From Nemertoderma westbladi (taxonomy: Eukaryota > Animalia > Xenacoelomorpha), in contig JAUCBJ010000110.1 in the NCBI GenBank assembly GCA_032718475.1, positions 1 through 38,817 of the forward strand: a DNA stretch of 38,817 nucleotides. The letters run 5' to 3'. The position numbers were made by a program, and so were the translations under genes. Below, piece by piece: positions 11,536 to 21,932 of this stretch. The notes under the pieces were generated by a model. That model was not told the origin of the DNA. It was given only the letters and a program-made list of their open reading frames with translations, and did no database searches. How positions within the stretch are numbered: the stretch's first letter is position 1; each line of letters starts with the position of its first letter.

Positions 11536-11667
11536 TAATATATTATATATATCACGCTACGCTGAGTAGCAGTATCGGTAATTAATTACTAGGCTAACAG
11601 TGATACTGAATTACTAGACTTGCTTAAACTGTAATAGAGCAGTAGGCATTCAACTGTACAAACAAAC

Positions 11668-13050
11668 ATGTCTGACACTAAGCAAAACCTGTCGGACAGT
11701 CTCCTAGATACAACCATCTGTGACCCAGACAGGAGTGTGGAACTTGAGAGACCGAAGTTCAATTCACCTCCTACTGTAAGAAAGATCATCCCTCCAGTAG
11801 TAATATCAGACCCTAGGCTGGTTCAACACCATAGGTCTATCATAGGCACTCGAGCTCAGGTCAAGCGGGACCAAGAAGCAGCGGAACAGCAACAACCCGC
11901 GAGCCAAGAACTTATTTCTCAACGGCCCGACAACTCCAGTAGTGAGGATACTGTAGAGCTGACACCCGAGCGCGGAGCAAAGATGACGGATGCGGTTTAT
12001 TCGGACCCCCTTCTCATCCTTCCCGCAGCCGTATTCACTAGGTTATTGATTGCGGTAGAAGAACACCAGATCGATTGGGCGAGAAATAAGCGATCGACTA
12101 AAGATAATTATGCGGGATACACAAGGGAAGAACTGAAGTCTATTGTCGAGTCGCAATGGAACTTCCCCGGACCCGGACTCCCGTTTGATTTATCAGAAGC
12201 TGCCTGGGAAGACATACACAGGATGGGAGTAACCAAGGAAACCATCGATCCAGCTGTGTGGAAGAGGTCCGCAGCCGGATACGCACAGGGATTCTTCAGC
12301 TCTATGGAGCGAGTAAAAGAACAACTGTTTCAACAACCCCAAGGACCTCAAGAGCAGGGACAGCTGCTTTATCAAGTTAGAGAAAGAATTCTACGAATCA
12401 GGCTAATCTTATCGGCCTTTGAGGAGGCTTCTAAAAGAAGAGAAGACACATCGTTGCAAGTTGCCGTAAAGACTTGGTTTCAACGGGTGAGTCTCCAGGT
12501 TCAAGGAACAGCTCAGTGGAAAGCTCAGCTAGATGAGCGCTCAACCCATGGAGAATCAACAGACGCTACTTTTTCCCAAGTGGAAAGTGAAGTGACGGCA
12601 GAGAAACCGCATAAGAGGGATGCCATTGACATCTATCTGTCAGACTATCAACGTTTTTTAGGTGATGAAGAGTTGAGGAGAAGGTTAGATGGACTTAGCC
12701 CTAATAGTGAAGGAGCCCAGCGTGTGTTGGACGCCATCGATGTGGATATGAGAGCTGCGAACCAAGCTAGATTTGATGAACGCCTCCGCATCACTAGAGT
12801 CCAAGAGGAACAAGTAAAGAAAAAACGTATAGAAGACAGAAAGACAGCGGCAGTGGCAGCAGCAGTAGCAGCGGCAGAAGCAGAAAGAAAAGCGGCAGCA
12901 GCAGCAGCAGCGGCAGAGGTAGAAGCGGAAAGAAAGGCGATAGAAGTGGAAAGAAAGGCGGTAGAAGTGGAAAGAAAGGCGGCAGTGGCAGCGGTCGAAG
13001 CGGAAAGAAAGGCGGTAGTGACAGCGGCAGAGGCAGTAGCAGAAGCATAA
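11668..13050 (+). CDS. gag: BEL Gag N-terminal extension (460 aa) with Ala/Glu-rich coiled-coil repeats; in frame with the next ORF
   Basis: Same frame as 13084-16227, separated by a single TAA (GCA TAA CGG, probably from GAA within the AEAER repeat). Confidence 0.8.
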   Translation: MSDTKQNLSDSLLDTTICDPDRSVELERPKFNSPPTVRKIIPPVVISDPRLVQHHRSIIGTRAQVKRDQEAAEQQQPASQELISQRPDNSSSEDTVELTPERGAKMTDAVYSDPLLILPAAVFTRLLIAVEEHQIDWARNKRSTKDNYAGYTREELKSIVESQWNFPGPGLPFDLSEAAWEDIHRMGVTKETIDPAVWKRSAAGYAQGFFSSMERVKEQLFQQPQGPQEQGQLLYQVRERILRIRLILSAFEEASKRREDTSLQVAVKTWFQRVSLQVQGTAQWKAQLDERSTHGESTDATFSQVESEVTAEKPHKRDAIDIYLSDYQRFLGDEELRRRLDGLSPNSEGAQRVLDAIDVDMRAANQARFDERLRITRVQEEQVKKKRIEDRKTAAVAAAVAAAEAERKAAAAAAAAEVEAERKAIEVERKAVEVERKAAVAAVEAERKAVVTAAEAVAEA

Positions 13051-13083
13051 CGGAGAGCTTCTGAAGAAACCACCCAATTAGAA

Positions 13084-16000
13084 TTGGAAAACATTCAGGA
13101 GAATCAAGACTGCATAAATAAACAGTTAACAGCTAGTAATATGCAGATGATGAGTCGATCTACTCCCAAAAGACAGGGATATACATCATCTGAGGAAGGC
13201 GATACCACCGATACTGAAGGCAGAGGAAATAGATCTCGTCTAAGCAGACGTAGAAGAACATCCCACCGTCAGAAATTGCCCGATCTGCCCCCAGCTGTTA
13301 GAAGGCAACTAAATAACACAAACTTAGGTAGTATAGAACCCACAGACCAAATAATTAACATAGAAAGACTCCCTACTATAGTAGATGAGCCTGAAATAAT
13401 TAGGCCTGTTCTCGAAGCCACTCCTTCGGTGATAGAGACACCTGTACTCCCTGAACCTACCTCTAAATTCCCTCTGCACAGCACGAAGCTACCTGTGCCC
13501 CACAGAATCACCCCTGAAATTGTTCATGTCCTGGACTCCGAGCGAAATATTCATGACTTGTCGCCCGTTGTCCCTCGTCCGCCCGCTACAACGTTGGCGC
13601 CTCCCGCTTCGGCGGTCGAGTGGGTGGATGAGAGACGACGGGGGATGGATCTCCTGCTCGGGCAGATGCAGGAGACCGTTCAGCAATTCAAGGGCACAGT
13701 AAGGGAAAGTAGGTTAGAGTTGCAAGAAGTGCAGCAAAGTATCGCGTTAGAACGCGATAAATTAGTAAATACACAAAAGGGTATACCACCACCCCCGGTA
13801 ACAATTGGTCAACCTGTTAGGTCTGAAGTATCTCATGCGCAAGGTGTGGAGCCTACACGCATATATACTGCTAGCGAAGTAGAAACTCCTATAGTGAACC
13901 CTATTAAAGGTAATTATAGACCTGTTGATAATGATATTCCCTATAGACCTGATCATAATCCGAGAAATTTATATACCGATAACTCGATATTAAATAACAC
14001 GATGGCCCAAGAAAGTTTTACGCGTCAAATGGCTAGAACCGAAGCCCGCCAAGCGGTAAAGGTGGAAGAGATAGTCAAGTTCAATGGAGATGAGATGAAA
14101 TGGTTACCTTTTAATGAATATTACAAAGATAACATACAGAACTCTGTGCTATCTAATGGAGAGAAACTTAGATTCCTCATCGAGTGCTTGGAAGGATCTC
14201 CCAAGTTAATGGCGTTAAAGTTTATTGGACATCCAGACGGATTAAGACAAGTTTGGGATACACTAAACATCAGGTATGGTAATAGGAATAACATAGCTGG
14301 GTATTTGTATGCAAAGTTGGTAGCGCCCCGAAAGTTTATTAGCAGCGGGATTATAGAGTTTTCCGATGAGATTCAGGAGATCTGCAGACAATTAGATTGG
14401 CTAGGTAAGTCTCATGAGTATCAGAGTGCTATGGTTATTAGAGCAGTGGCTTCTACTTTACCGAATGATGGAGTAGGTACACGCTGGGACAAGAAAGTGT
14501 TATATATGATGGAACAACAACAACGAGACCCTACCATGGCTGATCTCATGTCATTCTTGGATGGCGAAGTGAAATTACAGCTCATAAAGCAGTCCAGAGA
14601 GAAGACACCGGAAAACAAGGTAAGTGAGAAACCCGTCTCTAGGAGAAAGGTAACACCAGTGTGTTATACAGCCGACGGCGAAAGCCAGAATTCTCAAGGA
14701 GAGGATAGCGGGAAAGACACTGAAAGATCTTATTATGTCAATAAAACGCCTAAAGACCAGGTAAGTAAATTCAAGTCTCGAACCAATGACAGGAGAGAAC
14801 AGGTAAGAAAAACTCCTCCTACGTCTCCCAAGAGAATTCAGGTGAGAAAGCCCGAAGAAAGAACGAGTATGCACAATGTTACTCAAAATAAGGTAAGTAA
14901 CATCAAACCGAAATGTGTGCTATGTGACGGGACCCACCATTTGAATACGTGTGATGAATTCCTGAAGAAATCATTAGCGGAGAGACGAGAAGTCATGTGG
15001 GATAAGCGGTTGTGTTATAATTGCCTCAGACAAGGACACCAACGGCGAACCTGTTACTCCGACACAAGGTGTGCAAAGTGCGGTGCGAAACATCATATCT
15101 TGTTGCACACTGAATTTGAGCGAAACAGCCAGAGTCAGGTAAGTGATTCCGAACTACATGTCCAATTCAGTGATGTGAACGACACTGACCAAAGTTCTGA
15201 GATGGAAGGATTCTATACAGATGAATTCTCCGACGAAGGTGAATCCTGTTACATGATAAATACCGCAGTGTATCGAGCACTTGCGTATGAAAAAGACCCA
15301 GACAACGACCTCACCCTAACTACTTCTGATCGACAACCATCTTGGAAAGCGCCACCTTCCAATGTAGGAATCCGAGAATTTCCTGTAGTACAGGTAAGGG
15401 TCCACGGACCTAAAAGGAGTTATGTAGTGAACGCCCTCCTTGACTCCGATAGTACAGGAACATTCATCGACAAAGAACTAGCCGAAGACATTTTTGCTGG
15501 ACAACCCAAGTTCCGAACTAAGCTAAACATGTCAGGAATTATGCAGGTTTGGAAATCTACAGTAATCGCGGATTATTATGTAGGTGCGTTGTCCACCCCC
15601 CAGGATGAACTAGGAGAACATAGTATAAGGTCAGTAAAAATGGTGGCGATAAAGAACTTCGCTAACACCCAAGTGGAACCTTATAACTGGGATGAGGACG
15701 ATTTCACCCAGCAGCTAGAAATACCTAGATTCAACACCGATTACCCTGGAGTGCAAATACTCATCGGTCAAAATGCGCATGAAGCGCTCGAGACATTGGA
15801 GAAACGGCCCGCTCAACCGCAACCACTACAAGCTTATGCGGGAAGAACTAGAGTGGGTTGGTACTTTACTGGCCCTTCCCGTAGAACTCTCATGGAAAGA
15901 TTGCCAAAAGATCAGGTATATCAGGTAAGAGAATGGGAAGTCGAGGGCAGTGAGTTAGATGATCTAACTGAGGGAACACCATACTCCTCAGATAATGACG

Positions 16001-16227
16001 ATGTCCACCAACTTTTCGATGAGGAGAATACCATCGATCTCCTTAAGGAAAACGAGACTTGGCAAAACCAAGTGAACTTATGTCAGCTCCTTCTTCCATC
16101 AGAACGAGACGACTATAACGACGAACTTAATGACGTCATTGAACGATATAATGCCAAGACTTGGGATGAACATGCCGTACGATTCTTTACTCAAGAGGCT
16201 GTAGAGCCCAATTCCTACGATGCCTAA
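13084..16227 (+). CDS. gag: BEL/Pao Gag core (DUF1759-like, three Cys/His knuckles) plus aspartic protease
   Basis: KFNGDEMKWLPF..EKLRFLIECLEG; CVLCDGTHHLNTC, CYNCLRQGHQRRTC, CAKCGAKHHILLH; protease ALLDSDSTGTFI and ILIGQN. Ends at the insertion junction. Confidence 0.93.
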   Translation: MENIQENQDCINKQLTASNMQMMSRSTPKRQGYTSSEEGDTTDTEGRGNRSRLSRRRRTSHRQKLPDLPPAVRRQLNNTNLGSIEPTDQIINIERLPTIVDEPEIIRPVLEATPSVIETPVLPEPTSKFPLHSTKLPVPHRITPEIVHVLDSERNIHDLSPVVPRPPATTLAPPASAVEWVDERRRGMDLLLGQMQETVQQFKGTVRESRLELQEVQQSIALERDKLVNTQKGIPPPPVTIGQPVRSEVSHAQGVEPTRIYTASEVETPIVNPIKGNYRPVDNDIPYRPDHNPRNLYTDNSILNNTMAQESFTRQMARTEARQAVKVEEIVKFNGDEMKWLPFNEYYKDNIQNSVLSNGEKLRFLIECLEGSPKLMALKFIGHPDGLRQVWDTLNIRYGNRNNIAGYLYAKLVAPRKFISSGIIEFSDEIQEICRQLDWLGKSHEYQSAMVIRAVASTLPNDGVGTRWDKKVLYMMEQQQRDPTMADLMSFLDGEVKLQLIKQSREKTPENKVSEKPVSRRKVTPVCYTADGESQNSQGEDSGKDTERSYYVNKTPKDQVSKFKSRTNDRREQVRKTPPTSPKRIQVRKPEERTSMHNVTQNKVSNIKPKCVLCDGTHHLNTCDEFLKKSLAERREVMWDKRLCYNCLRQGHQRRTCYSDTRCAKCGAKHHILLHTEFERNSQSQVSDSELHVQFSDVNDTDQSSEMEGFYTDEFSDEGESCYMINTAVYRALAYEKDPDNDLTLTTSDRQPSWKAPPSNVGIREFPVVQVRVHGPKRSYVVNALLDSDSTGTFIDKELAEDIFAGQPKFRTKLNMSGIMQVWKSTVIADYYVGALSTPQDELGEHSIRSVKMVAIKNFANTQVEPYNWDEDDFTQQLEIPRFNTDYPGVQILIGQNAHEALETLEKRPAQPQPLQAYAGRTRVGWYFTGPSRRTLMERLPKDQVYQVREWEVEGSELDDLTEGTPYSSDNDDVHQLFDEENTIDLLKENETWQNQVNLCQLLLPSERDDYNDELNDVIERYNAKTWDEHAVRFFTQEAVEPNSYDA

Positions 16228-17511
16228 AGAGGTGAGGTCTCTATAGGGGTGTCGTAAACAGGCGGCGGCGGACTCGTGAGGGTCTGGGGGCACGTTAAAT
16301 CGGAATTATAGTGCAAGGGAGTTACTGAAGGCCCTCGTGTCTTGCGAACCATGAATCAACATGGTGCCGTGGTACCGTCTAGTCGGCCTGTTGCCGCACT
16401 GCCAGTCCTGTACACAGTAGGGGTGGTGGCTTAGTGTGATCTGTGGTTTATGTGGTCTATGTGGTAGGTCTATGTTTGGTATGTATGAGTTGACCAGACT
16501 CTTTACTGTCTCCGATCGGTTGCCAAAACGTGTCTTTTCCCAGGGTAGCACTATTGGAATGGAGGTGTTGCATCGGAATGGACAGGTTTCTGATGATTCT
16601 GTTGGTACTACTATTGGAATGGAGGTGGCACCCGGAATATCGGCTGCAAGGAGGGGTTGGTGTTGTAGTGTGGTCCGAGTGAATGATATTCTGGAATCTG
16701 TGGTTTGTGTGTGGACGATCAGTGGCAGTTTGCTTGAGCTTTCTGTTGCTGTGGGTACGTGGTATACGTGAGTGTATGTATGCCCACTGCGAGTGAGTAT
16801 GGGAACCCTTGCCGGTTGGTTCAGTCGCCGCTGGTATTAGTAGGACCATATCTTTACTGCGCCCCAGCATACTTTGTGCACACTAAGTTATTTTGCCCTG
16901 ACGGCAAAATAAGGTACTCTCGACTCTTTTAACAGTCGATACAATTTTGTCCCCTCTGATTTTGTCCCCAATTTTGTCTTTCCCGATTATGTCCTCTGTG
17001 TGTGCATGGTATGTGTCAGATTTTGTGTTTACCGTAGTGTACTTGATATTGTGAACATCTGTTGAGTACACGTGTACAGTGACTGGTAAGTGGTTACTTG
17101 TTCCTAGCTTTCGAGCTAGTCAGTATTGTTTGCGGAACCGACTTCCCCTCAATACTGCCGGCGAGGCGGGTGAAAACGTGTCAATATTCCATGTTGGGTA
17201 GCACAAGCCCACATGGGACAAGACCGTCGGTTTGGCTCAAGGGCGACCTTGATGCTCGATCGCTATCGACTGGTCCACCCGCCGGTTGACTCTATGAGTT
17301 GGCTCAATGTACAGTCAGGCCACAGTAAGTTGACAGTAGCCGACCATCTGGCTACACCGACGAGCTGTGCCGGTGTGATCGGGGGATTGAAAATTGAACC
17401 CGGGAAGCATCGGGCAACCCTCCGGCCCGGCCTGATAATAACATCAGTCAGACTGGCCCCAAGGGTGGTGGGACAGCGTCCGCCTCATGGGTGCGCCTCG
17501 GGGAGGAGCCC
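16225..17511. mobile_element. Unclassified ~1.29-kb insertion splitting the BEL polyprotein between protease and RT
   Basis: Abrupt change in composition and no long ORF; the BEL frame resumes (..YDA|RRTQAKALSVEE). No TIR, LTR pair or poly(A) tail recognised; right boundary uncertain by a few bp. Confidence 0.7.
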
Positions 17512-20500
17512 AGAAGGACGCAAGCGAAGGCCCTATCGGTAGAGGAAGAAAGAGCCAAGCAGATACAAGAGACAACTACACGTTTTCTTAAAGATCAAGG
17601 TAGATATGAGATCGGTCTACCTTTCCGAAAGCGAGAACCAAAGTTCGTAAACAACAGACCCTTGGCGGAGAAAAGAATTGCTCAACTACATCGAAGCCTT
17701 ACGGCAAATTCTTCAGCTAAAGAAATGTATCAAACACAATTGAAGAAATTTATTAGCAAGGGATATGCGGAGCTAGTACCGGAAGAAACACCTATAACTG
17801 AGAGAACGTATTATTTAACTCACCATTATGTTCCCAAACCCGGTAAACCCCATGAAGTACGAGTGGTGTTTGACGGCTCCGCCCTCTATATGGGCCAATC
17901 CCTTAATTCTGAATTGCTACCCGGACCCAACTTACTCCAATCCTTGTTGGGAATACTCTTAAGATTAAGAAAATATTCCATTGCTTTCGCCTCAGATATA
18001 GAAGGCATGTTCTTACAAGTCAAGGCGCTGGATAGGGATCGAGACAGCCTACGATTTCTGTGGTGGCCTGAAGGAGACCTCAACCAGAAACCGGTGGAGT
18101 ACTGGATGACCATCCAGGCTTTTGGGATAATCTCGAGCCCTTCAAACGCCTGTTCCGTGGTGCGCACCACTGCGGATGACAACCGAGACGCCTTCTCTAA
18201 AGAGGTGATTGACAACATCAAGCGAGATATATACATGGACGACAATCTAAAGTCCCTTCCATCAGTCGAAGAAGCCATTGATGTCGCTAAAGGAACGGTA
18301 GAGTGTCTAAAAAGAGGTGGATTTCGATTAACTAAATTCACCAGCAACTCCCGTGAGTTTCTGGAGTCGATCCCGGTAGAAGATCGAGGAGCGAAAGACC
18401 TGGATCTAATAAAAGATGATCTCCCAGAAACTAAGACCCTTGGTTTGAAATGGGACACCGAAAGAGATATCCTGTTTTTCCAACTAAAACAGCGAGATAA
18501 TCCAGTTCGGACTAAACGGATTTGTTTAAGTATCCTGAGCACTTATTTCGATCCATTGGGATTTATTAGCCCAGTTATATTGATTGCTCGGAGTTTAGTA
18601 CAACAAATGTGGCTTGAAAACCACTCATGGGACGATCCACTTAAGGGAGAATTATTAAAGAAGTGGATGAAATGGGAAGATTCTCTACCAGCCATCGAGA
18701 ACTTTATAATTTCCCGTTCATATTTTGGTCATGTTCTCCCTACGTATTACTATCAACTCCATGTGTTTGGAGACGCCAGCGATATGGGAATAGGTATAGT
18801 AGCCTACCTAAGGGTGGAAACTCCAGACGGAATCAAAGTCGCCTTGGTTACTTCTAAGGCATTGATAAACAATAAGTTGAAAGTTCCTCGAGCGGAGTTA
18901 AAAGCGGCTCTATACGCTACAGCCATCGGCCGGAATGTAACAGAACAGATCGACTATCCACTGGAGAAAACTGTCTATTGGACCGACGCTTTACTCGTGT
19001 TGGAGTATATAACCAATGAAGTCTGTCAGTTCAGCGTCTTCGTTACCAACAGAGTAGCCATTATACTCAGTCGCACAACGATGGATCAATGGAGACATTG
19101 CCCCGGAACGATTAATCCAGCAGACATCGCCTCCAGGGGAGCAACTCCACAAGAACTGGTAGACACTCCAGACTGGTTAGGTGGACCCGACTTCCTCTAC
19201 AAAGAAGAAGAAGAATGGCCTCCTCATCTTACTACAGCAGAGATTAGACAGGCCAAGGGAGCGGAGAAAGTCAAACCTAAAACTCGGGCGAGTAAATCGA
19301 AGTTATTCAAACCCATGGTAGATCTGTCTGTACTACATATTTCCGGAGACGACGCTTTGGATCAGAAACCCACAGCCACAAATAAACTTGTTGTGGAAAT
19401 CCGTGAGAAGGATTGGAAATCTGGAATACCAGACGTCTCGCAAGGACTCTCACCTCTTCTGCAGAGAGCGATACATCACTACAGTTCCTGGAATCGGCTC
19501 TGTAAGGCCGTTACATATTTAAAGAGATGTTTTCACCATCACTACTCCGGGATGAAGGCCAAAGGTGATACCGCTCCAATAACATCAGTGCAGGTCCATG
19601 TTATTAAAGATCTTCCCAAATATAAGATATCCGACAGGTTTCTGAAGGAGAAGATCAGTTATCAGGAACATGACGAAACCAACAAGCAGATGCTGAGACT
19701 CCTGCAATGCTATGAGGATTCCGATAAGTATTTCCTGTTGTTGAGAAATCCACAGATGCGCTTAAGGGATCGTTTCTCTAGCACAATGATAGATGGGTTG
19801 ATACGTGTTGGAGGAAGATTAACGAATGCTCCATTATCCTTTGACACTAAGTTCCCCATACTCATTAGAAATCTTGAAATACAAGTCAAGATGATTGTAG
19901 ATGTTCACAGCAAACTTTATCATGCTGGTAGAGAACGAGTTCTTAGCGAAATTCGAACTCGCTATTATTTTTATAAACCCCGTAGAGCTCTGAACCAAGT
20001 TCTTAGGAACTGCATACCCTGTAGGAAAGCATTCAGTAGGCCTTTAACACAGCGAGAGGCAGAATTACCTAGGGAACGAATAAGCTTCTATGAACCACCC
20101 TTAACTAATACCGGTGTAGATTTATTTGGCCCTATTGAAGTATATCGTGCTAGGACTATAGTCAAGAGATGGTGTGTAATCTTTGTTTGTATGACTTGTA
20201 GAGCTATCCATCTCGATATGGTGAACGATTTATCTACCAACAGCTTTCTATTAAGCTTACGACGACAGATCGCTCGCTTTGGCACTAGTAACACGATGAG
20301 ATCTGATAAGGGAACAAACTTCATTGGTGCCAACAATGAAATCAAAGCTTACGTCAAAGATTGGAACCAAAGACAGGTGGACGATCAGCTACGAGTAACA
20401 GCGTCTAGCTGGACCTTCAACGCCGCCGACGCCCCTTGGTGGGGAGGAAGTTGGGAGAGATTAATAAGAAGTGTGAAGACCGCATTTCACTTTATAGTGC

Positions 20501-21204
20501 CTTGCCGCGCGTATCTCACCGACGAACTTTTGCGGACGTTAATGGAGGAAATCGCCGCCTATCTCAACGAGAGACCGCTTATGCCAGTCTCATCGAGTCC
20601 CGATTCCCTGGAAGCGCTAACACCCGCGCATTTCCTACTGAAGAAACCTGTAGACATGCTCCCACAATCGGAAATCACAGACGGAGACGAATACTGCCGG
20701 CAAACTTGGCAACTCATGCAGTTGTTATCCTGTCGTTTCGCTGACCATTTCGAAAAACATTATCTGCCCACTCTACAACTTCGAACTAAGTGGTTTGCGC
20801 AGCAAGAAAACGTCAGCGCTGGAGACATGGTTCTTATAGTGGATGTAGATCTTCCACGTAAGCGGTGGCAGACAGGTCGTATCATCGAGACTCACATCTC
20901 GGATGACGGTTTGGTGCGATCGGTAGAACTCGTCGTCATGCGACGTAACTTCAAGAAACCGGGAATTGTCTTCGAGACACAGCAGCTCAATCGCCCAGTT
21001 GGTCGCTTATGTTTACTGGAAAGAGACAGAGAACTCTCCGGAAACTATGGGAGGCAAGATACTCTTCCCACGACCACCTCCCTAATCCAACAAACATCTA
21101 GGGACTCCCCAACTCAACAATGGCTGGAGTGGGTGTATGACTATATTTGTATTTGTTTTATTCTTTTATATTTATGTATATATTATTATGTAATTTTATT
21201 ATAA
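17512..21204 (+). CDS. pol: BEL/Pao Pol: reverse transcriptase, RNase H, integrase, DUF5641-like C-terminus
   Basis: VRVVFDGSA, LLPGPNL, SDIEGMFLQV, YMDD; FDPLG, LHVFGDAS, PRAEL, WTDA, NPADIASRG; H..H..CIPC, GVDLFGP, SDKGTNF, GGSWERLIRSVK, LTPAHFL, YLPTLQLRTKW. Uninterrupted frame. Confidence 0.97.
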   Translation, partial: RRTQAKALSVEEERAKQIQETTTRFLKDQGRYEIGLPFRKREPKFVNNRPLAEKRIAQLHRSLTANSSAKEMYQTQLKKFISKGYAELVPEETPITERTYYLTHHYVPKPGKPHEVRVVFDGSALYMGQSLNSELLPGPNLLQSLLGILLRLRKYSIAFASDIEGMFLQVKALDRDRDSLRFLWWPEGDLNQKPVEYWMTIQAFGIISSPSNACSVVRTTADDNRDAFSKEVIDNIKRDIYMDDNLKSLPSVEEAIDVAKGTVECLKRGGFRLTKFTSNSREFLESIPVEDRGAKDLDLIKDDLPETKTLGLKWDTERDILFFQLKQRDNPVRTKRICLSILSTYFDPLGFISPVILIARSLVQQMWLENHSWDDPLKGELLKKWMKWEDSLPAIENFIISRSYFGHVLPTYYYQLHVFGDASDMGIGIVAYLRVETPDGIKVALVTSKALINNKLKVPRAELKAALYATAIGRNVTEQIDYPLEKTVYWTDALLVLEYITNEVCQFSVFVTNRVAIILSRTTMDQWRHCPGTINPADIASRGATPQELVDTPDWLGGPDFLYKEEEEWPPHLTTAEIRQAKGAEKVKPKTRASKSKLFKPMVDLSVLHISGDDALDQKPTATNKLVVEIREKDWKSGIPDVSQGLSPLLQRAIHHYSSWNRLCKAVTYLKRCFHHHYSGMKAKGDTAPITSVQVHVIKDLPKYKISDRFLKEKISYQEHDETNKQMLRLLQCYEDSDKYFLLLRNPQMRLRDRFSSTMIDGLIRVGGRLTNAPLSFDTKFPILIRNLEIQVKMIVDVHSKLYHAGRERVLSEIRTRYYFYKPRRALNQVLRNCIPCRKAFSRPLTQREAELPRERISFYEPPLTNTGVDLFGPIEVYRARTIVKRWCVIFVCMTCRAIHLDMVNDLSTNSFLLSLRRQIARFGTSNTMRSDKGTNFIGANNEIKAYVKDWNQRQVDDQLRVTASSWTFNAADAPWWGGSWERLIRSVKTAFHFIVPCRAYLTDELLRTLMEEIAAYLNERPLMPVSSSPDSLEALTPAHFLLKKPVDMLPQSEITDGDEYCRQTWQLMQLLSCRFADHFEKHYLPTLQLRTKWFAQQENVSAGDMVLIVDVDLPRKRWQTGRIIETHISDDGLVRSVELVVMRRNFKKPGIVFETQQLNRPVGRLCLLERDRELSGNYGRQDTLPTTTSLIQQTSRDSPTQQWLEWVYDYICICFILLYLCIYYYVILL

Positions 21205-21665
21205 TCGTTTTCTTTAATTTTACTTAGTAGAATGTTATTTTAGCGATTATTTAGTAGATTAGTGCAATATATATTCGCGTTTATTACTTAATTACTTATA
21301 TATTATATATTTAGTGCGACGGCGAGAAATAATTCTTTTTCTCTTTCCTTACTGTCCGTATTACATTACAAATACGTAACTACAGTAAGATGAAATATCC
21401 GTACTTATTAAAGTACAATAGAGCTCCTACTATATTTAAGTATTATTGGTAGGCAGAGTATTAGGAATGCAAAGTTCAGATCCTCGTGTCTCGGCTAAAC
21501 CAAGCTCTGGATAGACCTTGGAAATGACTTGCCTCTTCACACTGACATTGCTTCGTGCGATATTGCTCTCATACCGTATATTAAATAATACATATAGTAG
21601 CGTGATGTCCCTTTAACAGTAGCGTATAACGCAAAATAAATCTGTTAAACCCTTTGACCATCTGC

Positions 21666-21932
21666 AATTCTAGTCGATTAAGATATCGCGGCACCCACCG
21701 ATATACTTGAAAGACAAAATTCTAGAATCAGTGGTTAACGTCCCCAGACAAGTTCTGGAATAAACTGGTGCCCATCCTAAATATTAATTATTAATATTTA
21801 CAAAATCTGTCAAATATCAGATCCTTTAAAATTCTAGTCGATTAAGATATCGTAGCACTTACCGATACTCTTAAAAAGACAAAATTCCTAGAATCAAGGA
21901 TCCCAGTCCCCAGACACGTTCTGGAATAAAAT
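21666..21932 (+). repeat. Two ~100-bp direct repeats (164-bp period) with conserved stem-loops, each ending in AATAAA
   Basis: AATTCTAGTCGATTAAGATATCG..CGATA..CTAGAATCA..GTCCCCAGACA(A/C)GTTCTGGAATAAA at 21666 and 21830. Confidence 0.85.

Noticed and set aside
12648-13094. Antisense Ala-, Cys- and Leu/Pro-rich ORFs
   Set aside because: Shadow frames of the GCA/GAA-rich gag repeat.
17491-17511. Track start of pol at GTG 17491
   Set aside because: These codons come from the insertion; BEL pol is normally fused to gag.
17886-18542. 218-aa antisense ORF
   Set aside because: Lies opposite the conserved RT domain and has no independent motifs.
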